DNA of 46,183 nt, counting the filler, from Jimgerdemannia flammicorona (lineage: Eukaryota): the NCBI GenBank assembly GCA_003990765.1. It is 2 parts of 2 records of this genome, joined end to end, with 100 filler letters (N's around TTAATTAATTAA, not from the genome) between each part and the next. Parts side by side here need not be neighbours in the genome. Positions count along the whole stretch, not along the records: positions 1 to 23,046 come from RBNJ01001166.1; 1 more part is not named here. One strand, given 5' to 3'. Both the position numbers and the translations under genes were made by a program. How positions within the stretch are numbered: the first letter of the stretch is position 1; the number at the start of each line of letters is the position of its first letter. Below, one piece after another: positions 1-12,363 of the stretch. Below the pieces are notes generated by a model. That model did no database searches. It saw nothing but the letters and a program-made list of their open reading frames with translations, and was not told the DNA's origin.

Positions 1-1790
1 TACATTCTCCCCTCTTACTATCCTATCCCCCTAGGGCCCCCCTCCCCCCCTTCCCTATATCTTCATACTTAAATACTATCTTATCATCCACTACTCCAAC
101 TCTTCCCTCACTCTGCTCATAAATCCTCTTTACCAAACAGTGCCACTGATCACTCTGCAGACTCCATTCCAGCCACCAGTCTGTTAAAACATCCTCTATC
201 AACCCTTTCTACCTCAATAGCTGCTCCCCCAAACCCAAATATTTCCTTTCCTCAAAAATAAACAACCAGTAGTCTGCCAGCCCTATCTATATAGTTAATA
301 TCTAACCTAAAGTAAGTTACTTCTTTCCAATCTCCTCCACCAATCTATTCTTAAGATCTTCCCATTGACCCCTCTCAACATCCCCCCTATATATAATACT
401 CAATCAATACTTAACTACTAATCAAAAATCACCAAGTACCTTATACTCTCTCAGCTAATATTCTGACATCTGCATAAACCCCCCTTCCTGCCCTATATTA
501 TAACATTTCTCATAGTCAAAACTCTCCCTCTCCACAAGGTAGTCTGAGCAAAAGTTGAGTATGACATTTCTTTATAGTATATGCCACCAGACTATCCAGT
601 ACATAGGTGATAACTATATATATATCTCCTCACCTTACTCTAGGTTCAGACTTCATTTTAGTTCTACTTCTCTCCAATATCTGCTATCTGCTAACTGCCA
701 GGCCAAGCATCTTGGCCCAACTCCCTCTAGTACTTGACTTCTTCACCAATATCAAAATCTAGAAGAGGGGTACCCCTCAATAATACTTTATCCTATCTCT
801 ACATTACTGGACCCCAAGGTATCTTCCCTTCATCTCTCTATTAGCAAATTTCAATGTAATGAGTCCCATCTGCTACTTTCTATCAGAAGCTCTTATATCA
901 TATATACTTACTATTTTGCAATCTAATAAAGGACAATAGATCTCTAATAGAGCCTCTTAGTAAGCATCTCATCTCTCAGATCTTCTTTATCAGTAGAACC
1001 CAGCTACCACCCCTCAGTTCTACTGCTCTCTTCAGTCACTATACTCTTAAACAATACAGCCTCTTTGGAAAGTCAACCAACCCAAGTCCTCCTCTAGCCA
1101 CTAGTAGTGACAAGATTTCCTAGCTAATATGACTCCTTCTTTCAGCTCAGATCTAATCTCTAGCCAACTTCAAAAGCCTCTTCACTACCCAGGTCAGAAA
1201 GTCCAGATGATATGCCAGATACCATAGCTTCAGCAGTCAGTAGACATTCAAAATTGTAATATATCTCACCAAAGAAATGTGGTGACCTTCTCAACTCTGC
1301 AGAGCCTCCCTCCAGATAGCCACCCTATGTTTCCACCAAGGTCTTGGTAGAACTGATCTATATACTGAAAGATAGACTCCCAAGTATCTTACAATCTCTT
1401 CAGTAGGGACAATTGTTCCAATAATATCTCCTCCCACCAGGCCATTGCCCAATACTATTGTTTCATACTTATATTAGTTAAGTTTCACCTCAGAATATAT
1501 CTCATACTACTCTATTATTTCTCAGAGCTTCTTGATATCTGCAATTAATCTCAGACCAACCACCATATCATCTGCAAAGACTCCAACTTTCCACACCACA
1601 CCAAATACTGAGAGCCCCACTATCTTTCACCAGATCCTATCCATCAATAGCTCTAAGGACAGAGTATACAAAATAGATAACAGTAGATCTCTCAGGAGAA
1701 TATCTCTACCTAGAGATAATGCTATCTCTCTATGCCCATTACATATAAGCACTGCTCTACTCTCTTCCAGCAGGCTGATTATTGTCTAAA
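1..1790 (-). mobile_element. Degenerate non-LTR retrotransposon (L1/Tx1-like LINE), RT domain to 3' end
   Basis: Minus-strand translation with stops gives SRAVLICNG..LGRDILLRDLLLSILYTLSLELLMDRI (decayed G-VRQGDPLSP-L), KVGVFADDMVVGL (FADD at 1567-1578) and RYLGVYL (1368-1388). Bases 1-60 resemble the LINE 3' end at about 22950-23010. Almost no CpG. Confidence 0.85.
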
Positions 1791-2408
1791 AGAAGATAAT
1801 TTTTTATTAAATATAGAAGAAGCAGTAATTTGATATAGATATTTAGTATAATAGGAATTCTGATGAAATTTTCAAAAGATAGTCATACCTCTAAATAACT
1901 CTAATAAAGAGAAGTATAAATATTCTGAAATAATTCTATATAGATAACTATCTCTCCAATATAAGTATCCAGTAATAATACTAAGAATAAACCAAAAACA
2001 AGATTGCTGTTACTGTTTTTAAAGTTATTGAATACTAATAGAATTCTACAAAACTATCTTCTATTAATATATAAATTTCTAGAGACCCAGATCTAAATAA
2101 AGCCCAATATGTAATATCTTAGAAGAATACAATATTTCCAGGCTTTCTGCTATCAATAAGAACTTAAGAAGTACTATAAGATAGGATATCTCATCTATCA
2201 ACAAGCTATCCTCAGTATTACTAAATAATAAGTCTATCTTTTTATTGACAACCATACTTATATAGTTACTAAGAGACTCTATATTCTTTTTTATATCCAA
2301 CCCTAAGTTCTCAACTACCTTTATAGAGTATTCCTTAAGAATATTATCAATTTGAGTAATGAATAATAGAGTGAAATTATTTTTCAAGTAGTTCAGTATA
2401 CTGTCCTT

Positions 2409-3494
2409 CAGTTTGATGAATATCTAAAGTTTAGTACTAAGTCTAATAAGTAGACTTAACCAAAGAAGAGAAGGATGTAATAAATTATTACATATATATA
2501 TCTTCAAGTCTCTGAAAATTCCAACAGAAATTTCTATAGAATTTCTAACTAATAGTTATAATTATCTAAATTAATATAACTATATATAGATATATCAAGT
2601 ATACCATATTTAGTCATAGCCTTTAAATATATATATATAAATACTCTCTATATTGAGTATATTGTAATCTTAGCTCTACTTTCTCTAAATATAAGAATAA
2701 AGTAGTATTCTTATTATCAAAAACTCTCAGATCTAACTTATTAATAATTTTAAGTCTGATTAACTTGAGATATAAGTATGATACTTTTATCAGTATAAGA
2801 ACCTAAAAGCAATACTTAGACTCTGCTATAATAGATATTAGAACTCAGTGCTTTCTTAAGAACTCAGAACTTAGGACCAAAAGTTATCTTTGAATCTCTA
2901 TAATATATTAATTCTATTAGTATATAGTTTTATTACACCACTCTTTAGTTTGATAAGTATCTAGAGTTTAGTACTAAGTTTAATAAATAGACTTAAACAA
3001 AGAAGAAAAGAATATAATAAATTATTATATATATATACCTATAAGCCACTGAAAATTCCAATAAAAATTCTGATAGAAATTTCTATAGAAATTTCTATAA
3101 AATTTCTGACTAGCAGTTATAGTTATCTAAAATAATATAAATATATATAGATATGTATACCTAATATACTATATTTAGTTATAGTCTCAAATATATATAA
3201 ATACTCTCAATATTGAGTATTGTAACCTCAGCTCTACTTTTTCCAAACATAAGAATAAAATAATATTCTTATCACAAAACTCTCAGATCTAACTTATTAA
3301 TGATTCTGAGTCTGATTAGCTTGGGATATAAGCATGATACTTCTATTAGTATAAGAACTTAAAAGTGATATCTGGACTCTATCACAACAGATAACTAGAA
3401 CTCAGTGCTTCTTCAAGAACTCAGAACTTAGGGCTGATAGTCACCATTAACTATCTGCAATATAGTAATTTTATTAGCATATTATTTTATTATA
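2409..3494 (+). repeat. Tandem direct repeat of two LTR-like units (LTR 2476-2937 and 3013-3494), each preceded by a polypurine tract
   Basis: 2409-2937 aligns by eye with about 2946-3494. Copy 1 starts TGTAATAAA and ends TTTATTACA (perfect inverted termini) after AAAGAAGAGAAGGA. Copy 2 has the same termini with transitions (TATAATAAA...TTTATTATA) after AAAGAAGAAAAGAA. Confidence 0.75.
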
Positions 3495-3749
3495 GTTATT
3501 ATGAATTATAACAATTTTATCAGATATATAAATTAAAAAATATAGTTTAATTAATTTGAATTATAATTTAAAAGTTAGATAATATTGTTAAAATAATAAT
3601 CTATTTATGACTAAAACAGTAACTGAGAGTTTATATATAAAGATTGATAGTATTTTTTTTAATAATTTAGATAAGATTGTCAAATTGTTTTATTTAAGAG
3701 TCTCAGTTATAGGATATATTATTATAATTAATACTTTTAAATAAATAAA

Positions 3750-3848
3750 ATCAATTTGAATTAAATTGCATTGAGATTTGATTTGAATATTTCAAATTAA
3801 ATCAAATTGAGGTCAAATTTGATTCAATTTGATTTGTTCTGAGCACTA
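3750..3848. mobile_element. Probable terminus of a DNA transposon (hAT-like subterminal repeat array)
   Basis: Dense array of TCAAAT/ATTTGA/TTGAAT variants in both orientations ending in GAGCACTA. Restoring CpGs gives (TCGAA)n-type repeats next to a TAGTG terminus on the minus strand. The family is an inference; the other end is not seen. Confidence 0.4.
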
Positions 3849-5496
3849 ATGGTAATTTTAATTTATATTATATTAAAATAGTTATCACATCTATCTCTTG
3901 CCAAATTAAAGCTATAATGCACAAGAAATACCGCTTGGAAATGCAATAAGTTTGTTGGTTCCCAAGCTGGATGAAAGAGCAGGTAATTATGTCGCACATG
4001 AAAATTGCGAAAGGTGGAAACATTATCGCGTTTTGTCGACACTTTATATGCCAACGGGAAGGCGCGCCCTTCACGACATACCGAATTGGCGCTCCTGAAC
4101 CTACCACAAAACCTGTGGCTGTTGAGTTTTCGTGACGACAAGTGTTTCACTAAGCCCTGCTCGCTAAAGGGTATCTTCAATTCCCATAAACCAACACGTT
4201 TTGTCATCGAAACGGGAGGTTTGGCATAAATGTATATACACGCGCTTATCTGCATATTATTTGACTTGGCTGCACATGCTGGTTACAACTTTTTTTTTAC
4301 TTGCGTACAAATGGAAAGGACGTCAAGAGTAGGCATCTCAGAGATCCTACAAATCGTTGCCCATCGTCAATTGGTCGACACAACCCATAAACTCCAAGTT
4401 CCGAGTGCACAGAAAGCAAGCGGCTTCCCATAAGCTGCCTCGCAAATGGCCCGTCGTTGCCACTTTGTATTAGCGCACCAAAACACATGCTAAACTCTGG
4501 CTGATCGTTTTTTGGCCTTCGACCACTCCTCGAGAGATGATGCTTTGGAAATGTACAGGAAAACGGACTCGTCGTCGTTCCGTACTTGCCCTTGTGTGGG
4601 AAACATCAACGTCGGTTGGCGAAAAGAAATCGATCAACAAAAAAAGTTTAGAAAAAAAAAAATTATTAGTTGTTGTCGCGTGCTCGATTGTGAATCCTCA
4701 AACCCATCCAATTTTCAGACCCATCAAACGTGCCATACCTTGCACTCTAGGTCATTCAAGCAACCCGATCCCATAACGAAAATCCGACATCCACGACAAT
4801 CGAACTCCTTTGCCTGTTGGCAAAGCGAAACACAACGTCCGTATTGTGGAAGCAAGATCCATGTCACCGGCATTGACAATCCTCCCACAAAAACGTAAAG
4901 CTCCTTGTGACAAAATACTCTGAGGGATCGCAAGGCAGTCAGTTGCAATGATGCGACACGAGGAGAGCCTCCAGACGTCCCCCGCCCGCAATTCCCTGTA
5001 CATGAATCGAGAGAATTCCAGGCACCGGACGGAGCCGGCATAAAAAGTCATAAATGTTTGCGAGCGAGTCCTTGGAGGCGAGCATACAGCTCGGGTTCAA
5101 GTCGGTGCCTTTCTATTCGACATACCTAGTTGGGTTCAAATGCTTGCACTGGCATTTAATACTGTAGGTAGCTCCCATGGGCAATTGTAGTACGCTAGGC
5201 TTTGTGCGCCATAGTTGGTAAAGAATATCGGGATCAGGTGAACGGCCTTGAACCTTCTGTTAAATAGTTTATTCTCCAAATCTCTGCACAGTGTACACTA
5301 TATTAATATTCCGCGGGGGAGAAGGTGGCAGAAAATAAACATTCACAAAGAAAATTGCGTGGTGGGCAATGAAAAGAAAAGAAGGCTAACCCCCCTTGAA
5401 GGATCAGTGTTCGATAAAAATTGTTCAGTCAAGGAAGGGGGGAAGGGGAAAACAAAGTCAATCAAGATCGCCAAGCTCGTATCCCTTGTCCCCCAC

Positions 5497-8400
5497 CTAC
5501 AGGGATTCGACTTTCAAGTCACCGACCATGACCCTAGCGGCCTTCGAAAACGCCTCTTTGATAGCATCGGCGTTAGTTTGGGCCTTAATATGCAAGCCCC
5601 CGTTTCGGCTCGCCTGGCAGGCTTGTATAATTTCTGCCTCGTTCTCTAGATTGCCGACCGTAATGGCCAGCAAGGAGATGTGGCCGCTGCTTCGGAGCTC
5701 TGCCTGAACGTTGTTCCGCGCCGTAGGGTTTGAGGAATTATCGTAGCCATCTGTGAGAGCGACGACCCAAAGCGCGCGAGGTGACCCAAAGGCGGGCTTG
5801 GATGACGACGCGGAGGACGCGGATTTCAGGGTCTGAATGGCGTGTAGAAGGGCGTCCCCTGATGTATAAGAGAGTGCAAGCATTTTAGATTTTCAATGAT
5901 CACAGAGAGGAAGAAAAAAAAAGGGGGGGTAACGTTAAAAGAAATAGACTTACAGAACGCGGTAGCTCCATTAGTTGATGTTTTTGTCTGCACTAAATTG
6001 ACCATCATTGTCTCGTCCCTTGGCTGAAGAGACCATACCACCTGCATTTTATGCTGGAACGTAGTCAAGCTCAACCGGTCACCAGGGAAAGTGTACTTGG
6101 TGATGATATCCGTTAGGCTCTGGCGACACGCCCTAATGTACGCGCCAGTCATGGATCCCGAGCAATCGAGCACGAACGCAACGTCTTTCACCATTGTAGT
6201 CGAGGACGTATCGAAAGCGTGGCCGAAGAGGGGTACACCGACTTCGCGGACCGAGGCGGCAAAGGCAGGGCGGTTTACCGAAGGGGATTCGCAGATGCGA
6301 ATGACTTCTTTGACGCAGAAGAGTTGCACGTAGGCGACAATGGTGTCGTAGCGCTGGAGAACGTCTATGAAGTGGATAAACGATGAAAGACCATTAAAGA
6401 AGATAAAGATTGTTCAAAAGCAGGAACAGACTACTTACAGGTATACCACGACACAGCCTCTTCCGGCTTCCCACTCCGATCGGCTAATATGCCCATATTC
6501 ATCGCCGCATACTGGATGCTAATGTGATTTCCCCTCTCCTTGACTGTCTCGTACGCGTCAGTGATCAAGCCGGCTGCCTCGGCGGACCGCCCAGTATCCA
6601 GGTAAAGCTGACCCAAGTTACCAGACACCTGCGCAATGCCCTCGACGCTATCATTCTTACGGTGCAAGTCGAGGGACCTCTGCAGATGCTGCTCGGCATT
6701 CGCCTGGTTTGCGCCGGATTGTGGCTCAAACTCTTTGTAAAGGACCCCAAGGTTCATGAGGCGGTTTGCGAGTACGATCTCGTAAGCCGCTTTGCGGCTG
6801 GGATCTTTCTCGAGGTTCGCGAGACTTTCGGCTGCGCATGAATATGAATTGCGAGTTAGTCGGGTGTTAATCATAGCGGTGAGAGACATAATGGATGGCA
6901 AACTTACCATTTTGAATCGCAAGGTTGTACATGTTAAGGGCCTCGTCGAGACGGTTGCCCATTTGCTTTAACGCATTGCCTTTGTTGTTGAGGCAAACGC
7001 CGCGGCCTCGCTCGTTACGGAACTGGATCATCATCCTTTCCGCAGCCTCGTACTACATGCAGGAAAGGGATAATTATTAGGCAAATTGGCATCGAAGAAA
7101 TAACGATGACGATTGATTAGCAAGCGGAGACGTACGTTCTCCAACGCTCGGTCGAGGTCTCCAGCGTAGTAGGCCTGGTTGCCGAACCGAACTGAAATAG
7201 TTAGCGGAAACTACACACATTAGCAACCTGAACCATTACATTCATAAACGATAGCAAAGGTCCAGTTTAGCCTTCAAACCTACCAGCAATAAGAAGGTTT
7301 TTAAAATGCTCATGAATGACATTAAGCTCGGCCGACACGGGCACCCTTTCCCCGAGCTCTACCGCCAAATCCACCTGACACATGCGAGTAAGCCAGTCAT
7401 TCAACTCAGCGATAGGAGCCAAGATGCGCTCCGCTGTTTTTCGGCATATTCGGTAAGCAAAGTAAGTGAGGCCTAACAGGAAACCAAAAACAAGGCCGGT
7501 AGAGACGCCACTAAAGATGGTGGTTCGAACGCGCATCTGTGAGCTCAGTGCTTCGATGTCTGACGAGGGTACAGTGAGGCAGGCAATGAAGTCTGTGCCA
7601 TTAATAGGAGCGGCGGCCACACGCCATTCGGTGCCGGATTTTGTGTAGACGTCAGAGAGACCGCTTGCTGCGAGTTGTTTGACGAGGGTGAGGAAGGCCG
7701 CGCCTTGTGTAGCGTTGCCGGCGAATTCGACAGTCGCAAGAGTGGTCGATTTCGTGTAAATATCGATGGTGTGGTTGGCGCTGTCGACTTTCGGACTTTA
7801 GGGATCCATTATAAATTGAGTCGCGGGTTCATAGGCTTGAGATACTGCATAAAAAACAACTACTCACTATACGATAAGGGTTCCGTTCAGATCCACCATA
7901 AACATGTACCCATTCCGCAACACAGACGTCTGGGTCAACGCGCTATTCAAACTGTCCATTTCCAACTCAATAGCAATAACGCCTTTGAGCCCAGCCTGTG
8001 TAAAGAGCGCCTGCGATGTGGTAGTAGCGACGCGTTTCGTGATGGCGCTGATGAACGGCGGCGAGAACTGAGCAGGCCCCAGAACATCGACGACGCCCGC
8101 CGCAGAAGCAGACGTGAGTGCCTTCTGATACCAAGCGCGGCATGCCGGAATGAAGCCCACTTTTTGCTGCAGCTCGGCCGGGGCGAAGGACACATTACAG
8201 AAGGTCCCGGTGCGGCGGCTATCGTCGAAGACGTAGGGATAACGCCGGAAGCCGAAGTCGGTGAAACCCGCGTAGATCGCTTGGATGGAGGGCTGGGGTT
8301 GAAAATGGGCTGGGTTAGGCAATTGGGAAAGTAGGATTTGGTAAAGTCCTAAGAAGATGGTGTTCAAATACCTTTCCAATGGCCAGGGCTCGCATCACAT

Positions 8401-9045
8401 TGTCCAAGATGGTGGAACGGGACATATTTTCCGTAGAAGCATTGAGCTGGGCGATGGTGGTGATGTTAACACTGAAGTACCCCGAATACAGTTTTTCCTG
8501 ATTTCCTGGCGGTCGCGGGGGGTCAACGAGCGGGGTGTCTATCTCGGTGGTAAAGTAGGATTCATACGGCCTTATGGGCGAGGATGAACATAAATATCCT
8601 TTACAGTTGCAATTTCTGACGATGTGCTGATTATGGCAAACCCGCATTCGAATACACTTACTTGGTATAATTAAGCGGTAGCTCTGATGGCAAGTCCGAC
8701 CGAAACAGCTCGAGGGCGTACGTGGAGGCCACGACGTTGTCGGCAAGGAACCCGTTAGTGATAGCTTGGGCGATCGCTGCGCGACCGAGGGAGATACTCT
8801 TGAATGCGTTTATCTCGGTATTCTCGATGATGTCCTGGATAGTCGACGCCCAATTGTTGGACCGTTTATAGATGACGACGGTCATGCCGAGCCCGAGGAT
8901 TAGCATGCCGAGAGTGAGTGGCACCACCAGGCTGGAGTGTCGAGGAGTGGATGATAAGTTGACTCGATGAGTTATTTTCACATGATACAGGACAGGCATT
9001 CAGTGCATTTATGTACCGAAGGATAATGTGGTTCGTCAGTTTCAT
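5497..9045 (-). CDS. Putative two-TM membrane receptor: dCache-like extracellular domain, HAMP, TPR repeats, C-terminal vWA domain (10 exons, 933 aa)
   Basis: Hand-spliced exons: 9045-9017, 8931-8662, 8570-8372, 8292-7868, 7795-7284, 7191-7136, 7052-6908, 6831-6439, 6364-5954, 5858-5497, total 2802 nt. All introns are GT-AG and phase-consistent, with no internal stop. TM1 LVVPLTLGMLILGLGMTVVIY. Cache-like motifs IYAGF..GFRRYP, FIPACRAWY, GVIAIEL, GYMFMVDLNGTLIVYP. TM2 IFSGVSTGLVFGFLLGLTYFAY. HAMP-like ILAPIAELNDWLTRMCQVDL..AELNVIHEHFKNL. TPR-like GNQAYYAGDLDRALENY, LNNKGNALKQMG, LMNLGVLY, SGNLGQLYLDTG, AMNMGIL. vWA VAFVLDCSGSM, GATAFWDAL, VVALTDG. Confidence 0.9.
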
Positions 9046-9058
9046 GGTTGCGATGTGG

Positions 9059-9123
9059 TGTTTTGACGGAAAGGCTTCGATGAAGAGAACTGTTTTGACG
9101 GAGAGGCTTCGATGAAGAAAACT
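9059..9123. repeat. 32-bp tandem duplication just upstream of the receptor ATG (likely 5' UTR)
   Basis: TGTTTTGACGGA(A/G)AGGCTTCGATGAAGA(G/A)AAC occurs twice in tandem. Confidence 0.85.
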
Positions 9124-12100
9124 TTAGGTCATTTATGAAGCTCGAGTGTAGACACCACCAAGAATTTATTGAGGCAAAGTCGATAACTCCAAGTCGACCT
9201 TCTGACTATATATATACATATTTGGGGTCAGGTGTGGTGCCCGACATCTGTCTTTCCCCTTGATCCGGAGCCTTTATCCAAAAATAATTGACCTTGATTT
9301 CGTAATGACCACGTGCGGACTATTCAGGGCTCACTTGGTGCCAACCCCTTCCTGAAGCGACGGAATCCAAGTCCTTCATCGAAAAATATTTGGACAATTT
9401 CAAGGCTACCCTTCAGGGGTCCAAAAATAGACTGTTTGTGGATAGAAACACATAAGCACGTTCCCCGTTCGGGGTTACCGCGCCACCTGTAATACTCTCG
9501 TGTTCTTGTTCTTCCTTCCTTATTAACAGTCCAATGGGTAAGCCTCTTTTCTTCCCACTGTATTTATTTCCCCTCTCCGATCCTCCATCCAATTCGCCAC
9601 ATTCAACCAGACTGCCTCAACAAAATCGATGAAACCAACGAACTCCACACTAAGTTCTACAACATGGTCAAGACAATCCGGGATAACATACAGTCTCCGG
9701 AAGTGACTACGCATACCACAACGTGCAGTTGCCGGCGTGGGATCCGGTAAATAACCCGTGCTCCGTTGTCGAACAACTACCCGATCTACCGCCAACGTAT
9801 GAGATGCATGCCTCTGAAAATCGGCATTCACCTGTCACGGAGACGTCCAACCTCCAGGGCCAATTAAGGGCGTCGCTAAGCTGTTCGACGTGCCGAAGCG
9901 GAAGTGAAGGGAATGCAGTGTGTAAATAATGGGCCTGCGAAGGAGGAGCGAAGGAGGAGCGTAGGCGGTTTGGGTAGGACAAGTTGACTCTTCACGTATT
10001 TATATTTCTCTGAATAAACCAATGTTTAATAGCCACATCTTGGCCAACAGTTTCAAAAACGGCCCGTCGTCGACATCTGTGCAACGTCAAAGAACTCGTC
10101 CAGTCGTAATCCACATTAAGCAATCGGTATCAATGCACGTGAACGGGAAACAAACGATGCAAGCAATGACGACAAGCGAAATTTTCTGGACCAAGATCTG
10201 CCGTCAATAATAATGTACTTCCTCGTATGGTTTTTACGCGCCTTTATTTTATATTCATTTTTTGGGGAATTGTGATTGATATTTTGTAAGGACGGACGGA
10301 TGCTTCAATCCTCAACGGACAGGTTACTGAAGATTATTTGGTCGACGTGCGCCCCGTATCTATTTGGATTTTACGTATGCTTTTAATCATGTTGGGATGT
10401 GGGTTTCGGCGTCACGTGCAGGGCGGCGCGGAATCCTTAAGTCTATATTGGGATCATGCGGAACAGATTGTGCGGTTGGCTACAGCGTCAATAGTGTCTT
10501 GAGTCCCTCGGTCAATATAACACCCTGGCCCAACGGCCTGCCTTAAACAGTGAAACAGTGGCCTGTGCATAAATCAAGCCACCCGTCGATATTTAGTATA
10601 CGAGAGGTGGCTCTGACGAGCAGCTACTAAAATTATCTCAAACGTGGGCAACAGGCGCGTGGCTTGCCATGCCCAAGTGACGATTACCGATTTGTGTCGA
10701 GGTATATACACGCTTCGTAGATGGTATCAACTCGATTGACTGAAATAATTTTTTTTATGGTCTAATATCGACTTTTACAAAATTTTAATCGCCTAAATCC
10801 GTTATACCTTCCATTTATCCTTCCATCCTCTTCGTTAGTAAATATGTCAATATCGGTATTGTTCGCGTCTTCTAAAAGGGCCAATTCACTACTTGGGAGT
10901 TGTTCCGTTTATTTTTGTATTTTATTCCATTTCCGTAATCGCAGAGGTCGTATTTTTAAATTCTAAGGGGACCTAATTATATAGATGTGGCGCATTATCC
11001 CCAAGTCAGGAAATCGGTACTTTTTTTTTTTGGCACTGACGGTACGCCATGCGTAACTCCGCCTCTCGCCTAACCTTCAAACGCAACCCCGCCGGCCTCC
11101 TTAAGCTTATCCGGCTGGTAATCCTCTTTGCCGGCGAGGTGCTAGTCTTCCATACTGCGACCTGGTCAATGTCACTGGCCCGAGCACCAATCATGGCGCG
11201 CGAAGGCCCCCCTAAGCCACCCTTTCATATTGCCATGGGACCCACAGATCACAGACGCGCAATCGTATAGCCGCACAGGTATTGTTTATTGGCTGATCGA
11301 GTTCTGTACATGCACAAGATCTGGCGAGTACTCCACACCGCACTCCGTCCTCAAGTGGACTTCTTTTTGGCGACTCATGGATGAGTGGTCCGACGATGAT
11401 GCCACGCTGGGTGGCTGCGTCGTATATACACTACCCCACAGGAAGCCACGACATCGGGTTTGGCGACGGCGTGCGAGTGTTTGATGTGAAATCGATACTA
11501 CATAGTAACACATTGGTGAAACGTCGTACGAGGTTGAGTTTGGGAACTACTCCTCCGTAGCCGTTTACTCTGCTTCCCTCCGCTCGTCCTACCCAGATGT
11601 CATAACGCCGCCCAGCGAACTTCCTCAACGCCGTCTCCACCCTGACCCTCCCATGTGTCCTTCTTACCCACGTTCCGCGCTACCGCCCGGACTGAACGTC
11701 GTGCGGTCTGCTCTGTCGTGTGCCGAAGTCCATCAACCAGGGCGCTGGGACCAGTACCATAATCTCATGACGCCCGAGCTGACGACCCGGATCTTGTATA
11801 AGACAATTCTAGCGATTCTGGGTGCGATCTCCAGCTGGGTGGATGCGCGTGATGAGAAATCGGAGGAGTTAGAGATACTGTTTTACGGGAGGCACAGGGA
11901 GAGCGGGCGCGAGAGCGACGAGGAGAAGGAGAAAGTTTTGGAGGACGGTCAGGGGAGTTCGCGGAGGTGGCGGGGTTTGTGGTCGTGGTGTATGTAGTAT
12001 TTGTGGCGTGGTCGGTGGTTTGGTGATTTTTTACTTTATGCAGAGAAGGAAGGGGTCATTATATTCAAATGGCAGTGCGGTAAAATGGTATATTATTACA

Positions 12101-12219
12101 ACTTTGTAATATTTTACTTGTAACTGTAATAATTTGAATTTCTCGTAGCTCACAAGATTGCAGTGACATTCAAACCATTATCTGTCCGGTTTTCCTATAA
12201 TCTAGACTAATCCTTCTTA

Positions 12220-12363
12220 CCGACTCTTCGAAATTTACGTTTTTCTATTGTTTGATTTATTTTCCTTCTAACGATTAAAGTCATCCATACCTTCCGACTC
12301 TTCTAAATTTACGTTTTTCTATTGTTTGATTTATTTTCCTCCCAACGATTAAAGTAATCCATA
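12220..12363. repeat. 74-bp tandem duplication in the intergenic region
   Basis: CCGACTCTTC..AAATTTACGTTTTTCTATTGTTTGATTTATTTTCCT..AACGATTAAAGT.ATCCATA starts at 12220 and again at 12294. Confidence 0.9.

Noticed and set aside
2079..2387. 102-aa minus-strand ORF as a host gene
   Set aside because: Lies in CpG-depleted AT-rich repeat DNA just upstream of a PPT/LTR and is most likely a decayed element fragment.
3863..5051. Short overlapping ORFs and a possible exon after TTTTCAG at about 4718
   Set aside because: No recognisable motif, and stops in the most protein-like frame; cannot support a gene call.
7675..8334. 219-aa plus-strand ORF and other ORFs overlapping the receptor gene
   Set aside because: Antisense shadows of GC-rich exons with no recognisable motifs.
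5497..9045. Calling the receptor an alpha2delta/CACHD1 orthologue or a histidine kinase
   Set aside because: vWA lies after TM2, HAMP and TPR rather than within the ectodomain, and no H-box or ATPase motifs are seen.
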